64,000 bases of DNA from an uncultured Gammaproteobacteria bacterium (GTDB taxonomy: Bacteria > Patescibacteriota > Patescibacteriia > Patescibacteriales > GWE2-39-37): the NCBI GenBank assembly GCA_964443495.1, contig CAYUCS010000003.1:4031-68030 (forward strand), given 5' to 3'. Position numbers and translations under genes: made by a program. This document shows, one piece after another, positions 32,033 to 41,797 of this stretch (its first letter is position 1; each line of letters begins with the position of its first letter). The notes beneath the pieces were generated by a model. It made no database searches. It was not told the DNA's origin and saw only the letters and a list, made by a program, of their open reading frames with translations.

Positions 32033-33612
32033 TAGGCGACGGCAGTGTCATCCTCAAAACACTTGTTCCAATCTTTGGCCGCGCCTAAATAATTAAAAAG
32101 GTGGTTCTCCGCCTTGAGATCGTCAAGCTTGATTCCAAAAAGCAGCCTGTTGAACCAAGTGACTTTCGGTTCGCGTTGCTTGCCCAACAAGACCATATCG
32201 ATCCGGTGCTTTTTCAGATACTCTTCAGCCTGGCCTTCCTTGAAAAACTGATGATACTCTTCAAGGATCGTCCGGTCGCCATATTGATGCTGAGGCTGGC
32301 GGCCATCGACAAACAACTGCAGTCCCGGCCATTGCCACAGCAAGTAACCGCCCCAATTGAAATCATTCAATATCCTCTCCGGCATCGGCATGGTCGATTT
32401 CAGTTCTGCAACAGCGGCACAAGGGAAGTAGCCGCAATAATACTCGAAAGGTGTATTGGTGAAAGCGATTTTAGTAAAGCAAAAGGCTGCGGTGACGACC
32501 ACCGCGGCCGTTGCGAGGGATGTGCCGAGCTTGCCTCGCGTCGATGCAAAGAATCCACGCATACCCTCGATAACGAACTCTTTTGAAAATAAATCGACCA
32601 GCCAGGGAATGCTCACAACCACGAGTAGAGCCGTGTGGCGCCGCGACTTCAAGGCCATAAGCAAGAACAGGATGACCAAGCTGAGCCACCACAAGTCTAT
32701 TTTCACCTCTTTGCTTCGATTCACGACTTTGGTTACGAGTAAAAGTAGCGCGCTGACAGTCATGCACAGATAGAGCACTACTAAGGGCTGCTGAGGGAAA
32801 AAATAAAACGGCATCCACTCACTGATTGCCGTCAGGTAATAAGTGTTGCCGAATGAAAAGAAAAAATCGTACATCCTCCAGCCATAAGGATTGACCAAGG
32901 TCGCGGCAGCTGCCAAAAAGGCAAAAAAACCGAAGATTGCCAAGTGCCGCGCCGGGACAACCAATGAGAAATCAACAAAACTGAGCCTGTCTTGCCACTT
33001 TCTGGCAAAATTAAGAACCGCCATCAAAACAACCCAGCCGACGAGCAACGCCAGGCCGACTAAAAACCCCGCGTGAAGGTTCGACCAGATCCAAAAAAGG
33101 GGCACCAGCCAAAACAAGCTTTTAGCCTGACGGCTTTTTTGGAATTTATCGATTACCACCAACTCCAAAACGACGCCAAGCAAAGTCACCTCCTGCATCC
33201 GGACGCCCAGACTGTGCCTGGCTGCGAAATAGCCCAAAAAGCCGATTACGAAAAACCAGAAGCTGGCCTGGTTCATCCGTGCAAAGCGATAACGGTAAAG
33301 TATCGCGAAGACACCCATGACGATGCCGGCAAAAAAAACAGCCGTCGCCACATACCCAAACTGGTCGTATATGGAATAGGTAAAAACGTCGATCAGCCAT
33401 TCATGATCCACCCAGGCCGCACCCGGCATCGTGTGGCTGAAATCAGCGGTGTGCGGAACCTGATTTTTTGCGATGATGTCCTTGCCTGCCAAAATATGCC
33501 AGCCGAAATCATTATCAAGATAACTGAATGAATTGCCAAGAAGCAGCACGGCAAACAAGGCGACTAAGCTTAAGGCGAGGGTCTTCAAATGGATGTTTTC
33601 GGGCCATTTCAT
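31999..33612 (-). CDS. polytopic membrane protein, candidate GT-C-fold glycosyltransferase
   Basis: About 12 TM segments, an acidic first external loop (YLDNDFGWH...DHEW) and a ~130-aa C-terminal soluble domain. It overlaps the LtaS-like gene by 34 nt. Family not recognised with certainty. Confidence 0.4.
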   Translation of the reverse strand: MKWPENIHLKTLALSLVALFAVLLLGNSFSYLDNDFGWHILAGKDIIAKNQVPHTADFSHTMPGAAWVDHEWLIDVFTYSIYDQFGYVATAVFFAGIVMGVFAILYRYRFARMNQASFWFFVIGFLGYFAARHSLGVRMQEVTLLGVVLELVVIDKFQKSRQAKSLFWLVPLFWIWSNLHAGFLVGLALLVGWVVLMAVLNFARKWQDRLSFVDFSLVVPARHLAIFGFFAFLAAAATLVNPYGWRMYDFFFSFGNTYYLTAISEWMPFYFFPQQPLVVLYLCMTVSALLLLVTKVVNRSKEVKIDLWWLSLVILFLLMALKSRRHTALLVVVSIPWLVDLFSKEFVIEGMRGFFASTRGKLGTSLATAAVVVTAAFCFTKIAFTNTPFEYYCGYFPCAAVAELKSTMPMPERILNDFNWGGYLLWQWPGLQLFVDGRQPQHQYGDRTILEEYHQFFKEGQAEEYLKKHRIDMVLLGKQREPKVTWFNRLLFGIKLDDLKAENHLFNYLGAAKDWNKCFEDDTAVAYCSNKSERGRK

Positions 33613-33665
33613 AACAAGCCAATTATACCATATCGGACTCAAGGATGGATATCCAGACGGTCAGA

Positions 33666-33695
33666 TAGCTTAACCGGTTATTTTTATGCTATATT
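33666..33695 (+). promoter_or_regulatory. promoter with TGC-TATATT extended -10 and a weak -35
   Basis: The -10 at 33690-33695 ends 6 nt before ATG 33702, so the mRNA would be leaderless or nearly so. Confidence 0.45.
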
Positions 33696-33701
33696 TAACG
33701 A

Positions 33702-34880
33702 ATGAACGACCGACCGCAAACCTTCAATCAAGCCTTGAGCATCGCCTCGCCTTTCCTGAAGGGCGTAGCCATAATCGGCATCATCCTTCATCACTATTAC
33801 CGCGGACTTTACGGCATAACCCAGAATGTCCAGTGGATTTACTCTGGTAGCTTTCTCGCCACATTTAGTGAGAATTTTTTTTCAGGAATCGCTGGAGCCT
33901 TTGTTTCCGCTTTTTACTACCTGGGCTATATGGGGGTCAGCATCTTCTTCGTTTTGAGCGGATGGGGCCTGGCCGTGTCCGCGCTTAAACGCAAGGGGGA
34001 TTTTTCTTTGACCTCATACTTCAAGAATCGTATTGTCAAAATTTTTCCGTTATACCTTGCCAGCTTGGTTTTTTTCGGCCTATTGTTCTACGGGCAAGGT
34101 AACAAAGGCTTGCTTGACCAACTCCTGGGACTGTTTGCGAAACTGCTGCTATTAACCAATTACTCGCCCTCGGCCATATTCACCATCAATCCCTCGTTCT
34201 GGTTTTTGGGGACCATTGGAATTCTTTACATCCTTTTTCCTGTTATCTTTATAGCAGCCAATAAAAGGCCCTCGACAACCTTAATCTCAACATTGGCGAT
34301 TGCCTACCTTTCAACTCTTGCAATACAATCAACCCCATTGCAGCAATGGCATCCATTTTTTGCCATGGGCGGTTTTCCCTTAGCTAAGATTGGTGAATTT
34401 TCTTTAGGTATTTTCATCGCCATAATCGCTGAAAGGCGGGATATTTTTTCCGACCGAATCTTCAAAAACGCCAAGAACATCACAATCGCTTTAGCCTTGC
34501 TGCTTCTAGGCTTCTTTTCCTTTTCCAATAATCTAATTTATCCTCTGCACCCGATATTGCTGGTTGTTCCGACCATTTTTTTTCTCACAAAATTCTATCT
34601 ATCCGTCTTTTATTTGCCAATATTAGCAAAACCAATCGCTTATGCTGGCATATATAGCTATTCGGCCTTCTTGCTGCATCGTCCTTTTGTTGACGCATGG
34701 ATCAATGCATATGACCAGAACGGCCACCCGATTCTATTTGGGCTGATCTTTCTTTCAGTTTCGGTAATCTTATGCTCCCTCTTCGAGATTATTTGCAACA
34801 AATACACGACGCCCCTAATCACGGCTGGCATATCGCGAGTCTTCGGTAATTTTTCCTCAAAAAAACCTGCCCGAATATAG
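33702..34880 (+). CDS. acyltransferase family 3 (OafA-like O-acyltransferase)
   Basis: About 10 TM segments and an N-terminal HHYYRG-type motif; 392 aa. Confidence 0.65.
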   Translation: MNDRPQTFNQALSIASPFLKGVAIIGIILHHYYRGLYGITQNVQWIYSGSFLATFSENFFSGIAGAFVSAFYYLGYMGVSIFFVLSGWGLAVSALKRKGDFSLTSYFKNRIVKIFPLYLASLVFFGLLFYGQGNKGLLDQLLGLFAKLLLLTNYSPSAIFTINPSFWFLGTIGILYILFPVIFIAANKRPSTTLISTLAIAYLSTLAIQSTPLQQWHPFFAMGGFPLAKIGEFSLGIFIAIIAERRDIFSDRIFKNAKNITIALALLLLGFFSFSNNLIYPLHPILLVVPTIFFLTKFYLSVFYLPILAKPIAYAGIYSYSAFLLHRPFVDAWINAYDQNGHPILFGLIFLSVSVILCSLFEIICNKYTTPLITAGISRVFGNFSSKKPARI

Positions 34881-34970
34881 GTCGCCAAGGCCTTCTAGCT
34901 TGACTTTTGGCCATTTTTATTGTAAATTTAAATAAATTTACGGCATTTTGTCGTTTTTATTATTTACTCT

Positions 34971-36938
34971 ATGAATGTCAGCGAACTAGCCCGCATACTC
35001 AAACTCACACCTCAAGAATTGCGCGACAAACTGCCGCAACTCGGTTTTCACATAGGCCAGAAGGCGATCAAGATCGATAACCGAATCGCCAATAAAATAA
35101 TCAACCAATGGCCGACTTTGAGCAAAAAACTGGCAACTCCCCAATCCTACAAAGATAGGCAGCTTGCCAGGGAAAACCAGGCTCCAGCCGTTAAGAAGGT
35201 CGTCTCTCTCCCGAGCCACATCACGGTCAGGGATTTTGCCGCATTGGCCAGCCTGCCAGTCAATAAAGTCTTGGGCGAATTGATGAAAAACGGAATTTTC
35301 GCCTCCCTGAACGAAAGAATCGATTTTGAAACAGCTGCTGTCGTCGGCACCGACCTCGGCCTTGAAATCAAGGCCGATCAAGACACTTCGGAAACCACCG
35401 AACAGGAAGTCAGCAAGCTAACTACCATCATCCAGAAGGAAAAAACCGAAGACATGCTCGAACGTGCTCCAGTTATCGTTGTCATGGGACATGTCGATCA
35501 TGGCAAAACAAAGCTTTTGGACGCAATCCGCTCAACCGATGTCGTGGCCGGTGAGGCTGGCGGCATCACCCAGCATATCGGCGCCTACCAAGTCACCCGC
35601 AAAAACCAGCGCCTAACCTTTATCGACACCCCTGGCCACGAGGCTTTTACCGCAATGCGCAGCCGCGGTGCCAAAATCGCCGACATTGCCATATTAGTAG
35701 TGGCAGCTGACGACGGGGTCAAGCCGCAAACCATCGAAGCCTACCGCATCATCGAGGCGGCCAAGCTCCCCTTCATTGTCGCCATCAACAAGATCGACAA
35801 GCCCGAAGCAAACCTGGATAAGACCAAGCAAGAACTTTCAGGCCAACTAGGCATCGTCCCCGAAGACTGGGGCGGCAAGACCGTCTGCGTTCCTATTTCC
35901 GCCCGCGAAGGCACCGGCATAGAAGACTTGCTCGACATGATCCTTCTAACCGCCGAGGTTGAACAGTCGAACATCAAAGCCAACCCTCAGGCTCAAGCCG
36001 TCGGCACCATCATCGATTCACGTATCGACAAGGGCGAAGGGCCCGTTGCCACCGTTCTCATCCAGAACGGGACTTTGCGGATTGCGGATCAGCTCTTGTT
36101 CGACGGCAAGGTTTTCGGCAAAGTGCGCGCACTCAAAAATTACCGCGGAGAAAATATCGAAGAAGCCGGTCCGTCAACGCCGGTAAAGATTATTGGCCTC
36201 AAGGTCGCTCCTTTGGTTGGCGACATCATGGAAACAGGAGAAGGCGAGAAGGTGAAATTCAAAAATATCAAGACCGGGCTGAACAAGCCGGAAAGCGCCG
36301 CAGCTTCCCAGGCAGATGACTCGACCGCCAAGAAAATAAACCTGATCATCAAGAGCGACGTCTTAGGTTCAGCTGAAGCCATTGAAGAGTCCCTGGAAAA
36401 GATCGGCAACCAGGAAATCAAAGTCAAGATCATTAACAAAGGACTGGGGAACATCGGCGAAGGCGACGTAGTCAGGGCCGACGCAGCCAAGGCCCAGATC
36501 GTGGGCTTTCACGTCAAGGCTGCTCCGCAAGCAGAAGAACTGGCTCGCGAGAAAGGCGTATCCATCAAGCTTTACCAGATTATCTATGATCTGATCGACG
36601 ACATAAAACAACAGATGCAGGATTCGCTCGAACCGGAGATTCGCCGCGTTGAGCTGGGAAAATTGTATGTGAAAGCGATCTTCCGATCCGAAGCCAACGA
36701 ACAGATTTTCGGCGGCAAAGTAACCGCAGGCAAAATCGAGAAGGACAGCTTCATTGAAATTGAGCGTGGCGGATTGATAATCGGACAAGGCAAGATCACC
36801 GAACTCCAGTCCGGCAAGCAGTCCGTTACCTCGGTCGAGGCTGGCGAAGAGTGCGGCATCAAATACCAAGGCGATCAAGTCAAGGAAAACGATATCCTTT
36901 ATTTTTACAAGGAAGAAAAAATCACTAAGAAGCTATAG
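34971..36938 (+). CDS. infB: translation initiation factor IF-2
   Basis: G-domain [22 protein letters not shown] and NKIDK, followed by conserved C-terminal domains. Confidence 0.95.
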   Translation: MNVSELARILKLTPQELRDKLPQLGFHIGQKAIKIDNRIANKIINQWPTLSKKLATPQSYKDRQLARENQAPAVKKVVSLPSHITVRDFAALASLPVNKVLGELMKNGIFASLNERIDFETAAVVGTDLGLEIKADQDTSETTEQEVSKLTTIIQKEKTEDMLERAPVIVVMGHVDHGKTKLLDAIRSTDVVAGEAGGITQHIGAYQVTRKNQRLTFIDTPGHEAFTAMRSRGAKIADIAILVVAADDGVKPQTIEAYRIIEAAKLPFIVAINKIDKPEANLDKTKQELSGQLGIVPEDWGGKTVCVPISAREGTGIEDLLDMILLTAEVEQSNIKANPQAQAVGTIIDSRIDKGEGPVATVLIQNGTLRIADQLLFDGKVFGKVRALKNYRGENIEEAGPSTPVKIIGLKVAPLVGDIMETGEGEKVKFKNIKTGLNKPESAAASQADDSTAKKINLIIKSDVLGSAEAIEESLEKIGNQEIKVKIINKGLGNIGEGDVVRADAAKAQIVGFHVKAAPQAEELAREKGVSIKLYQIIYDLIDDIKQQMQDSLEPEIRRVELGKLYVKAIFRSEANEQIFGGKVTAGKIEKDSFIEIERGGLIIGQGKITELQSGKQSVTSVEAGEECGIKYQGDQVKENDILYFYKEEKITKKL

Positions 36939-36944
36939 ACTGAC

Positions 36945-37277
36945 ATGCATAAGACTGAACAGATCAACGATTTGCTGCGTTTCGAGCTGGCCAAGCTCAT
37001 AGAAGAGCACGTCAACTTAGACGGAGCGCTTATAACCATCTCATTTGTCGATTGCTCTCCAGACCTGCGCTACGCCAAAATATCCGTTTCCGTTCTGCCG
37101 GAAAAATTCTTCGGTTCGGCCATCGCCGAATTAAAAAAACATAACAGCTTTTTCAGCAAATACCTGCGCAAGCATACGCGCCTGCGGCAAATACCGAAAC
37201 TTGTCTGGGCAGTAGACAACACCGAAGCCAAGGCCGCTGAAATCGACGAAATCCTCAAAACTATCAAACAACAGTAA
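36945..37277 (+). CDS. rbfA: 30S ribosome-binding factor A
   Basis: 110 aa, position directly after infB, RbfA-like pattern (ITISFVDCSPDLRYAKISVSVL). Confidence 0.85.
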   Translation: MHKTEQINDLLRFELAKLIEEHVNLDGALITISFVDCSPDLRYAKISVSVLPEKFFGSAIAELKKHNSFFSKYLRKHTRLRQIPKLVWAVDNTEAKAAEIDEILKTIKQQ

Positions 37278-37281
37278 ATAA

Positions 37282-37302
37282 ACCGCTTTCAGGCGGTTTT
37301 TT
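37282..37302 (+). terminator. Rho-independent terminator
   Basis: accgc-tttcag-gcggt followed by T6. Confidence 0.6.
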
Positions 37303-37371
37303 ACTTCCTGCGAAACAGTCTTGTATTCTGTGACAGCTTGTGGTAATTTTCATAATTACCTACGAAAATCA

Positions 37372-38337
37372 ATGGAAAACCTAGAATCAAAATATCGGTC
37401 AATTTTCGAATCAATCAACTTGGCCAAAAAAATACTGCTTGTAACCCACTTCAATCCGGATGGCGACGGCATCGGCAGCTTGTGCTCACTGATCAATTGG
37501 ATGCTTGCTTCCGGCAAGCAAGCTGACGGTTACTGCCTGCACCAACCGCCGACGATGCTCAACTACCTGCCAAGCATCGAACGTATCAAATACGGAACCC
37601 TAGACATCGAGGGGTACGATCTTATCATCGTGCTGGATTGCGGCAGCCTGAGCCGAACCGGCCTGTCCGAGGCTCTTGCCGCAAAATTGCCTGGACGCAA
37701 GATAATCGAAATCGATCATCATCCTAAAATTGACGACTACGCTGACATAGAACTGCGCAATCCTCATGCAGCTGCCACCGCCGAGCTGGTTTATCATTTC
37801 TATAAAGCCAACCGCATCCGGATCAACAAGGAAATGGCCGTTTGCCTTTTGACTGGCATAATGACGGACACGGCCAACTTCTTCTACCCATCAACTTCCA
37901 CTTCAACTGTTTCAATCGCTGCCGACCTTGTCTTGCGAGGCGCAAGATTGCCTCACATAACCGAAAGCACCCTACGCAACAAGAGCCTTGCCGGACTGAA
38001 GCTGTGGGGACAGATTATGGCAAATATCCGCATTAACCCGGAATATGATTTCGCGGTTACTCTCCTGCCCCATGAAGAGCGTGAAAAAAGCGCCGTATCG
38101 AAAGAGGAGCTGGATGGCATTTCTGGCTTCTTGAGCAACCTATACGGAGTCAAAGGCGTGCTTTTCCTGCAAGAAGAAGCCGACGGAGCGATCCGCGGAA
38201 ATCTACGAACCGCTTCGCCGAAAATCGATATCTCAAAACTAGCCAGATTTCTAGGCGGAGGAGGACATGCAAAAGCGGCGGGGTTCAGCATAAAAGGCAA
38301 GCTGATCAACATTAAAGATGGATGGAGAGTGGAATAA
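37372..38337 (+). CDS. nrnA: DHH/DHHA1 phosphoesterase (NrnA-like oligoribonuclease/pAp phosphatase)
   Basis: HFNPDGDGIGS, DCGS, EIDHHP and GGGGHAKAAG. ATG 37372 is preferred to the track's TTG 37321. Confidence 0.8.
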   Translation: MENLESKYRSIFESINLAKKILLVTHFNPDGDGIGSLCSLINWMLASGKQADGYCLHQPPTMLNYLPSIERIKYGTLDIEGYDLIIVLDCGSLSRTGLSEALAAKLPGRKIIEIDHHPKIDDYADIELRNPHAAATAELVYHFYKANRIRINKEMAVCLLTGIMTDTANFFYPSTSTSTVSIAADLVLRGARLPHITESTLRNKSLAGLKLWGQIMANIRINPEYDFAVTLLPHEEREKSAVSKEELDGISGFLSNLYGVKGVLFLQEEADGAIRGNLRTASPKIDISKLARFLGGGGHAKAAGFSIKGKLINIKDGWRVE

Positions 38338-38421
38338 GTTTTTAATTAATAAACCAAGGCCTTAAAAAATTGTTTGACAAATTGACAACCTAATCAGTTG
38401 AACTTAAACTGAAATTAAAGA

Positions 38422-38438
38422 ATTTAATAATTAAACAC
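38422..38438 (+). promoter_or_regulatory. 17-nt box ATTTAATAATTAAACAC, copy 1 (clpP leader)
   Basis: Identical to the copy at 39122-39138. It lies downstream of TTGACA-N17-TAAACT and 7 nt before the clpP ATG. Confidence 0.45.
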
Positions 38439-38445
38439 ATACCAT

Positions 38446-39027
38446 ATGCCTTTAATACCGACAGTTATTGAAAAATCGACTTACGGTGAGCGCGCCTATG
38501 ACATCTACTCCCGGCTGCTCAAAGATCGGATCATTTTCTTAGGGGAGCCTATCAATGACCATGTGGCCAATATAGTCATTGCCCAATTCCTATTCCTCGA
38601 CGCTGAGAATAAAGACAAGGACATCAAATTCTATATCAATAGCCCTGGCGGATCAGTAAGCGCCGGCTTAGCTATTTATGATACGATGCAGTACATCAAA
38701 GCCGACGTCTCAACCATCTGTGTCGGTATGGCTGCCAGCATGGCCGCTGTCCTTTTGGCTTCGGGAGCCAAGGGCAAGCGCTTAGCCTTGCCAAACAGCG
38801 AAATCATGATCCATCAAGTCATGGGAGGTGGCGAAGGCCAGGCTACTGACATCAAGATTATGGCCGAGCACATCCTAAAGACCAAAGATAAGCTCAATCA
38901 AATATTGTCCTTGCACACCGGGCAAAAGGTGCAAAACATTGAAAAAGACACGGACCGGGACAACTTCATGAACCCCGAAGAGGCAAAAAAATACGGCCTT
39001 ATCGATAAGATCATCAGGCAGCAATAA
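38446..39027 (+). CDS. clpP: ATP-dependent Clp protease proteolytic subunit
   Basis: Full-length ClpP with catalytic-site contexts GMAASMAA and MIHQ. Confidence 0.95.
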   Translation: MPLIPTVIEKSTYGERAYDIYSRLLKDRIIFLGEPINDHVANIVIAQFLFLDAENKDKDIKFYINSPGGSVSAGLAIYDTMQYIKADVSTICVGMAASMAAVLLASGAKGKRLALPNSEIMIHQVMGGGEGQATDIKIMAEHILKTKDKLNQILSLHTGQKVQNIEKDTDRDNFMNPEEAKKYGLIDKIIRQQ

Positions 39028-39034
39028 TAAGAAA

Positions 39035-39060
39035 AACCTCGCCATTGGCGAGGTTTTCTC
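39035..39060 (+). terminator. Rho-independent terminator
   Basis: 9-bp stem aacctcgcc/ggcgaggtt followed by a T-rich tail. Confidence 0.75.
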
Positions 39061-39121
39061 TTATCAGGACTCAAAAGAGGAATCTTGTCAAAAAGGGATA
39101 ATAATGGTAAGGTGATTTTGG

Positions 39122-39138
39122 ATTTAATAATTAAACAC
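39122..39138 (+). promoter_or_regulatory. 17-nt box ATTTAATAATTAAACAC, copy 2 (rny leader)
   Basis: Lies just downstream of TTGTCA-N17-TAAGGT, about 200 nt before the rny ATG. Confidence 0.45.
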
Positions 39139-39335
39139 CAACCACCTGTCGCCTTGTAGCTACGAAAGTTGCGGTAGTCGTGAAAAAGACTAACATTAAA
39201 CAAACTAATCGTTCACTCGTGATTCTTTGCCTCATTTCCTTCAACTTGCACTCATTCGTGATCGCCTCCGCTTAATAGCGGGCCGGTTTGTTTTATAACG
39301 CATTACTCTCCAAGTCGACAGGCGGATATCTGCCT

Positions 39336-40850
39336 ATGAATTTTGCAATTTATGTCCTCCTTCTGGCAGTGGGTCTGTTTTTAGGTTTTCTGATCAGTAA
39401 AATCCAAGCTGACCGCAAAACCAAAAACGCCGAAGCCAAAGCGGAAAAAATCATCAACGAAGCCAAAACCAAGCAATCCGACCTCCTCCTTGAAACCCAG
39501 AACAAGGCTCTGAAAATCATCGACGAGGCAAAGCGCGAAGAAGCTCGCCGACGTAAGGAAATCAACGAGCTCCAATCTCGTCTTGAAAAAAGGGAAACCG
39601 TCTTTTCGCAAAAGCTGCTCGAACTCCAAGACAAGCAGCAGCAGCTTTACGACAAGGTAAACAAGATCGAAGAAATCAAAGAAAAAATCAAGCAGATCAA
39701 GGAAGAACAGCTGGCAAAACTGGAAACCGTCGCACAAATGACAAAGGATGAAGCCAAGCAAGTCCTTTTGACCAATGTCGAATCAGAAATAAAGGAGGAC
39801 CTCCTTTCACGCATCAATAAGCTGGAAAAACAATCAGTTGACGAACTGGAAGAAAAATCTCGCGATATGCTTGCTAGCACCATGCAACGCTTAGTTTCCA
39901 ACTACACGGCAGAAATCACAACCACGGCCGTGGACCTTCCAAGCGATGAAATGAAGGGCCGCATCATTGGTCGGGAAGGCAGGAACATTAAAGTCATCGA
40001 ACAGCTGACAGGAACCGAAATCATCGTCGATGATACTCCTAATGTCATTACGATTTCAGGCTTCTCTCCGATTCGTCGCCACATTGCCAAGCGCGCACTT
40101 GATCGCCTGATTCTTGACGGACGAATCCACCCGACCAAGATTGAGGATGCTATCGAGCAAGCCAAGAAGGAGCTGGCCGTGGATATCAAGAAGGCTGGCG
40201 AAGAATCGATGTATGAGCTGGGCATAACCGGCTTTGACACTAAACTGGTTCAGATTATCGGGCGATTAAAATACCGCACAAGCTATGGACAGAACGCTTT
40301 GCGGCACTCTGTCGAGGTTGCCCACCTTTCCGGCCTCTTAGCTGAAGAATTAGGTGCAGATGTTACTTTGGCCAAAAAGGCCGGCCTGCTCCACGATATC
40401 GGCAAGGCTGTCGATCACGAGGTGCAGGGCACTCATCCGGAAATCGGTGCCAACATCGCTAAAAAGTTCAATCTCTCAGAGGACATCATCGCCCCGATTG
40501 AAACTCATCATGACGATCGCCCGCGCGGTCTCGTGTCGGTAATTGTCAAAGTTGCTGATGCCATTTCTGCCGCACGACCTGGCGCTCGCCACGATTCATT
40601 CGAGCAATATATCTATCGTCTCGAGGAGCTCGAAAAGATTGCCTCATCTTTTGACGGCGTCGAAAAGGCTTATGCGATCCAAGCAGGCCGCGAAGTGCGC
40701 GTCTTTGCCGAAGCTGACAAGCTTGATGACCTCGGAGCGCACCAGCTAGCGCGCGAAGTTGCCAAAAAAATCGAGCAGGAATTGAAATACCCAGGAGAAA
40801 TCAAGGTCAACGTCATTCGAGAAATGCGCGTCACCGAATACGCTCGCTAA
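39336..40850 (+). CDS. rny: ribonuclease Y
   Basis: N-terminal TM anchor, a long coiled coil, KH motif (GRIIGREGRNIK) and HD domain (HDIGK). ATG 39336 gives the canonical N-terminal anchor. Confidence 0.93.
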   Translation: MNFAIYVLLLAVGLFLGFLISKIQADRKTKNAEAKAEKIINEAKTKQSDLLLETQNKALKIIDEAKREEARRRKEINELQSRLEKRETVFSQKLLELQDKQQQLYDKVNKIEEIKEKIKQIKEEQLAKLETVAQMTKDEAKQVLLTNVESEIKEDLLSRINKLEKQSVDELEEKSRDMLASTMQRLVSNYTAEITTTAVDLPSDEMKGRIIGREGRNIKVIEQLTGTEIIVDDTPNVITISGFSPIRRHIAKRALDRLILDGRIHPTKIEDAIEQAKKELAVDIKKAGEESMYELGITGFDTKLVQIIGRLKYRTSYGQNALRHSVEVAHLSGLLAEELGADVTLAKKAGLLHDIGKAVDHEVQGTHPEIGANIAKKFNLSEDIIAPIETHHDDRPRGLVSVIVKVADAISAARPGARHDSFEQYIYRLEELEKIASSFDGVEKAYAIQAGREVRVFAEADKLDDLGAHQLAREVAKKIEQELKYPGEIKVNVIREMRVTEYAR

Positions 40851-40875
40851 TACAGCAAAAACATTTTTCAACACC

Positions 40876-40914
40876 GAAAGCCCCCTCTTTGATTTAAAGA
40901 GGGGGCTTTCTTTT
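40876..40914 (+). terminator. Rho-independent terminator
   Basis: 14-bp stem aaagccccctcttt/aaagagggggcttt followed by a T-run. Confidence 0.85.
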
Positions 40915-41044
40915 AATTGCACCAAAGCACTATATTTTATTAATTATTGGCTAAAATATTAAAATTTGATATAATTTATTCAGGTATTGCCAAGATGCTC
41001 TTAATCAAATATACTAATATTAAATAATAACTAAGCGTACTCCT

Positions 41045-41329
41045 ATGAATAAAGCTGCCCTGATCGACCGGATTGCTGCCGAGGCCAAAGTTTCCAAAAA
41101 GCAAGCGACAGACATGCTGGAAAAATTGGTCGAGATCATTATCGGCGAGCTCAAAAGCGGTAATGAGGTAACGATTACCGGTTTTGGCACCTTTATGGCT
41201 AAGTCTAGACACGCTCGTGGCGGCGTCAACCCGCAGAAACCGACTGAGCGCATCCAGATTCCTCAAGTAACGGTCGCCAAATTCAAGACTGGAAAAACCC
41301 TCAAAGACGCCTTGAAAGGCAAGGAATAA
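41045..41329 (+). CDS. hup: HU-family DNA-binding protein
   Basis: MNKAALIDRIA... and GFGTF..R.AR.GVNPQ; 94 aa. Confidence 0.9.
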   Translation: MNKAALIDRIAAEAKVSKKQATDMLEKLVEIIIGELKSGNEVTITGFGTFMAKSRHARGGVNPQKPTERIQIPQVTVAKFKTGKTLKDALKGKE

Positions 41330-41336
41330 TTTAAAA

Positions 41337-41360
41337 AACCCTCTTTTTGAGGGTTTTTTA
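41337..41360 (+). terminator. Rho-independent terminator
   Basis: aaaccctc/gagggttt followed by T6. Confidence 0.75.
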
Positions 41361-41446
41361 ATAGCCCTGCCAGGGTCTTGCCTTTTTTGTGCTTTTATGT
41401 TAACCTATTAAAAGCTCTCGAGAGGGAGTTTTTTGTATCAAGATTA

Positions 41447-41519
41447 GCATCCGTAGCTCAATGGATAGAGCACTTGGCTTCGGACCAAGGGGTTGTGGGT
41501 TCGAATCCTGCCGGGTGCA
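41447..41519 (+). tRNA. tRNA-Arg(TCG)
   Basis: Acceptor GCATCCG/CGGGTGC, anticodon stem-loop cttgg-CTTCGGA-ccaag, T-loop GGGTTCGAATCC. Confidence 0.88.
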
Positions 41520-41526
41520 CTGGCGG

Positions 41527-41600
41527 GGCTGGGTAGCTCAGTTGGTTAGAGCGCGGCACTCATAACGCCGAGGTCGAGAGTTCGAGCCTCTCCCCAGCCA
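41527..41600 (+). tRNA. tRNA with CAT anticodon (elongator Met, or Ile2 if lysidinylated)
   Basis: Acceptor GGCTGGG/CCCAGCC and anticodon loop CTCATAA. It lacks the initiator features (no C1-A72 mismatch, no three GC pairs). Confidence 0.85.
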
Positions 41601-41613
41601 CTTTACAATATAT

Positions 41614-41686
41614 GCGCTGTTAGCTCAGCTGGTAGAGCAGTTGCCTCTTAAGCAAACGGTCGCAGGTTCGAATCCTGCACGGCGCA
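41614..41686 (+). tRNA. tRNA-Lys(CTT)
   Basis: Acceptor GCGCTGT/ACGGCGC, anticodon loop CTCTTAA, T-arm GCAGGTTCGAATCCTGC. Confidence 0.88.
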
Positions 41687-41692
41687 CAAGAA

Positions 41693-41725
41693 ATAAATCA
41701 CTCCTTCAGGGGTGATTTATTTTTT
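41693..41725 (+). terminator. Rho-independent terminator of the tRNA cluster
   Basis: 12-bp stem followed by T6. Confidence 0.8.
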
Positions 41726-41774
41726 ATGGGTTGTGCCGTTTGAGAAGCTGTGTGTGGCGTGGGGGTTTAACCCC

Positions 41775-41797
41775 TTCGAATCCTGCACGGCGCACAA
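41775..41797 (+). pseudogene. tRNA-Lys 3'-end duplicate, copy 2
   Basis: 23 nt identical to 41667-41689 (ttcgaatcctgcacggcgcacaa). The 5' T-stem strand is missing. Confidence 0.8.

Noticed and set aside
38898-39203. 101-aa minus-strand ORF spanning the clpP 3' end and the clpP-rny spacer
   Set aside because: It overlaps clpP antisense and crosses the clpP terminator, with no start signals. The spacer is better explained as the rny promoter and leader.
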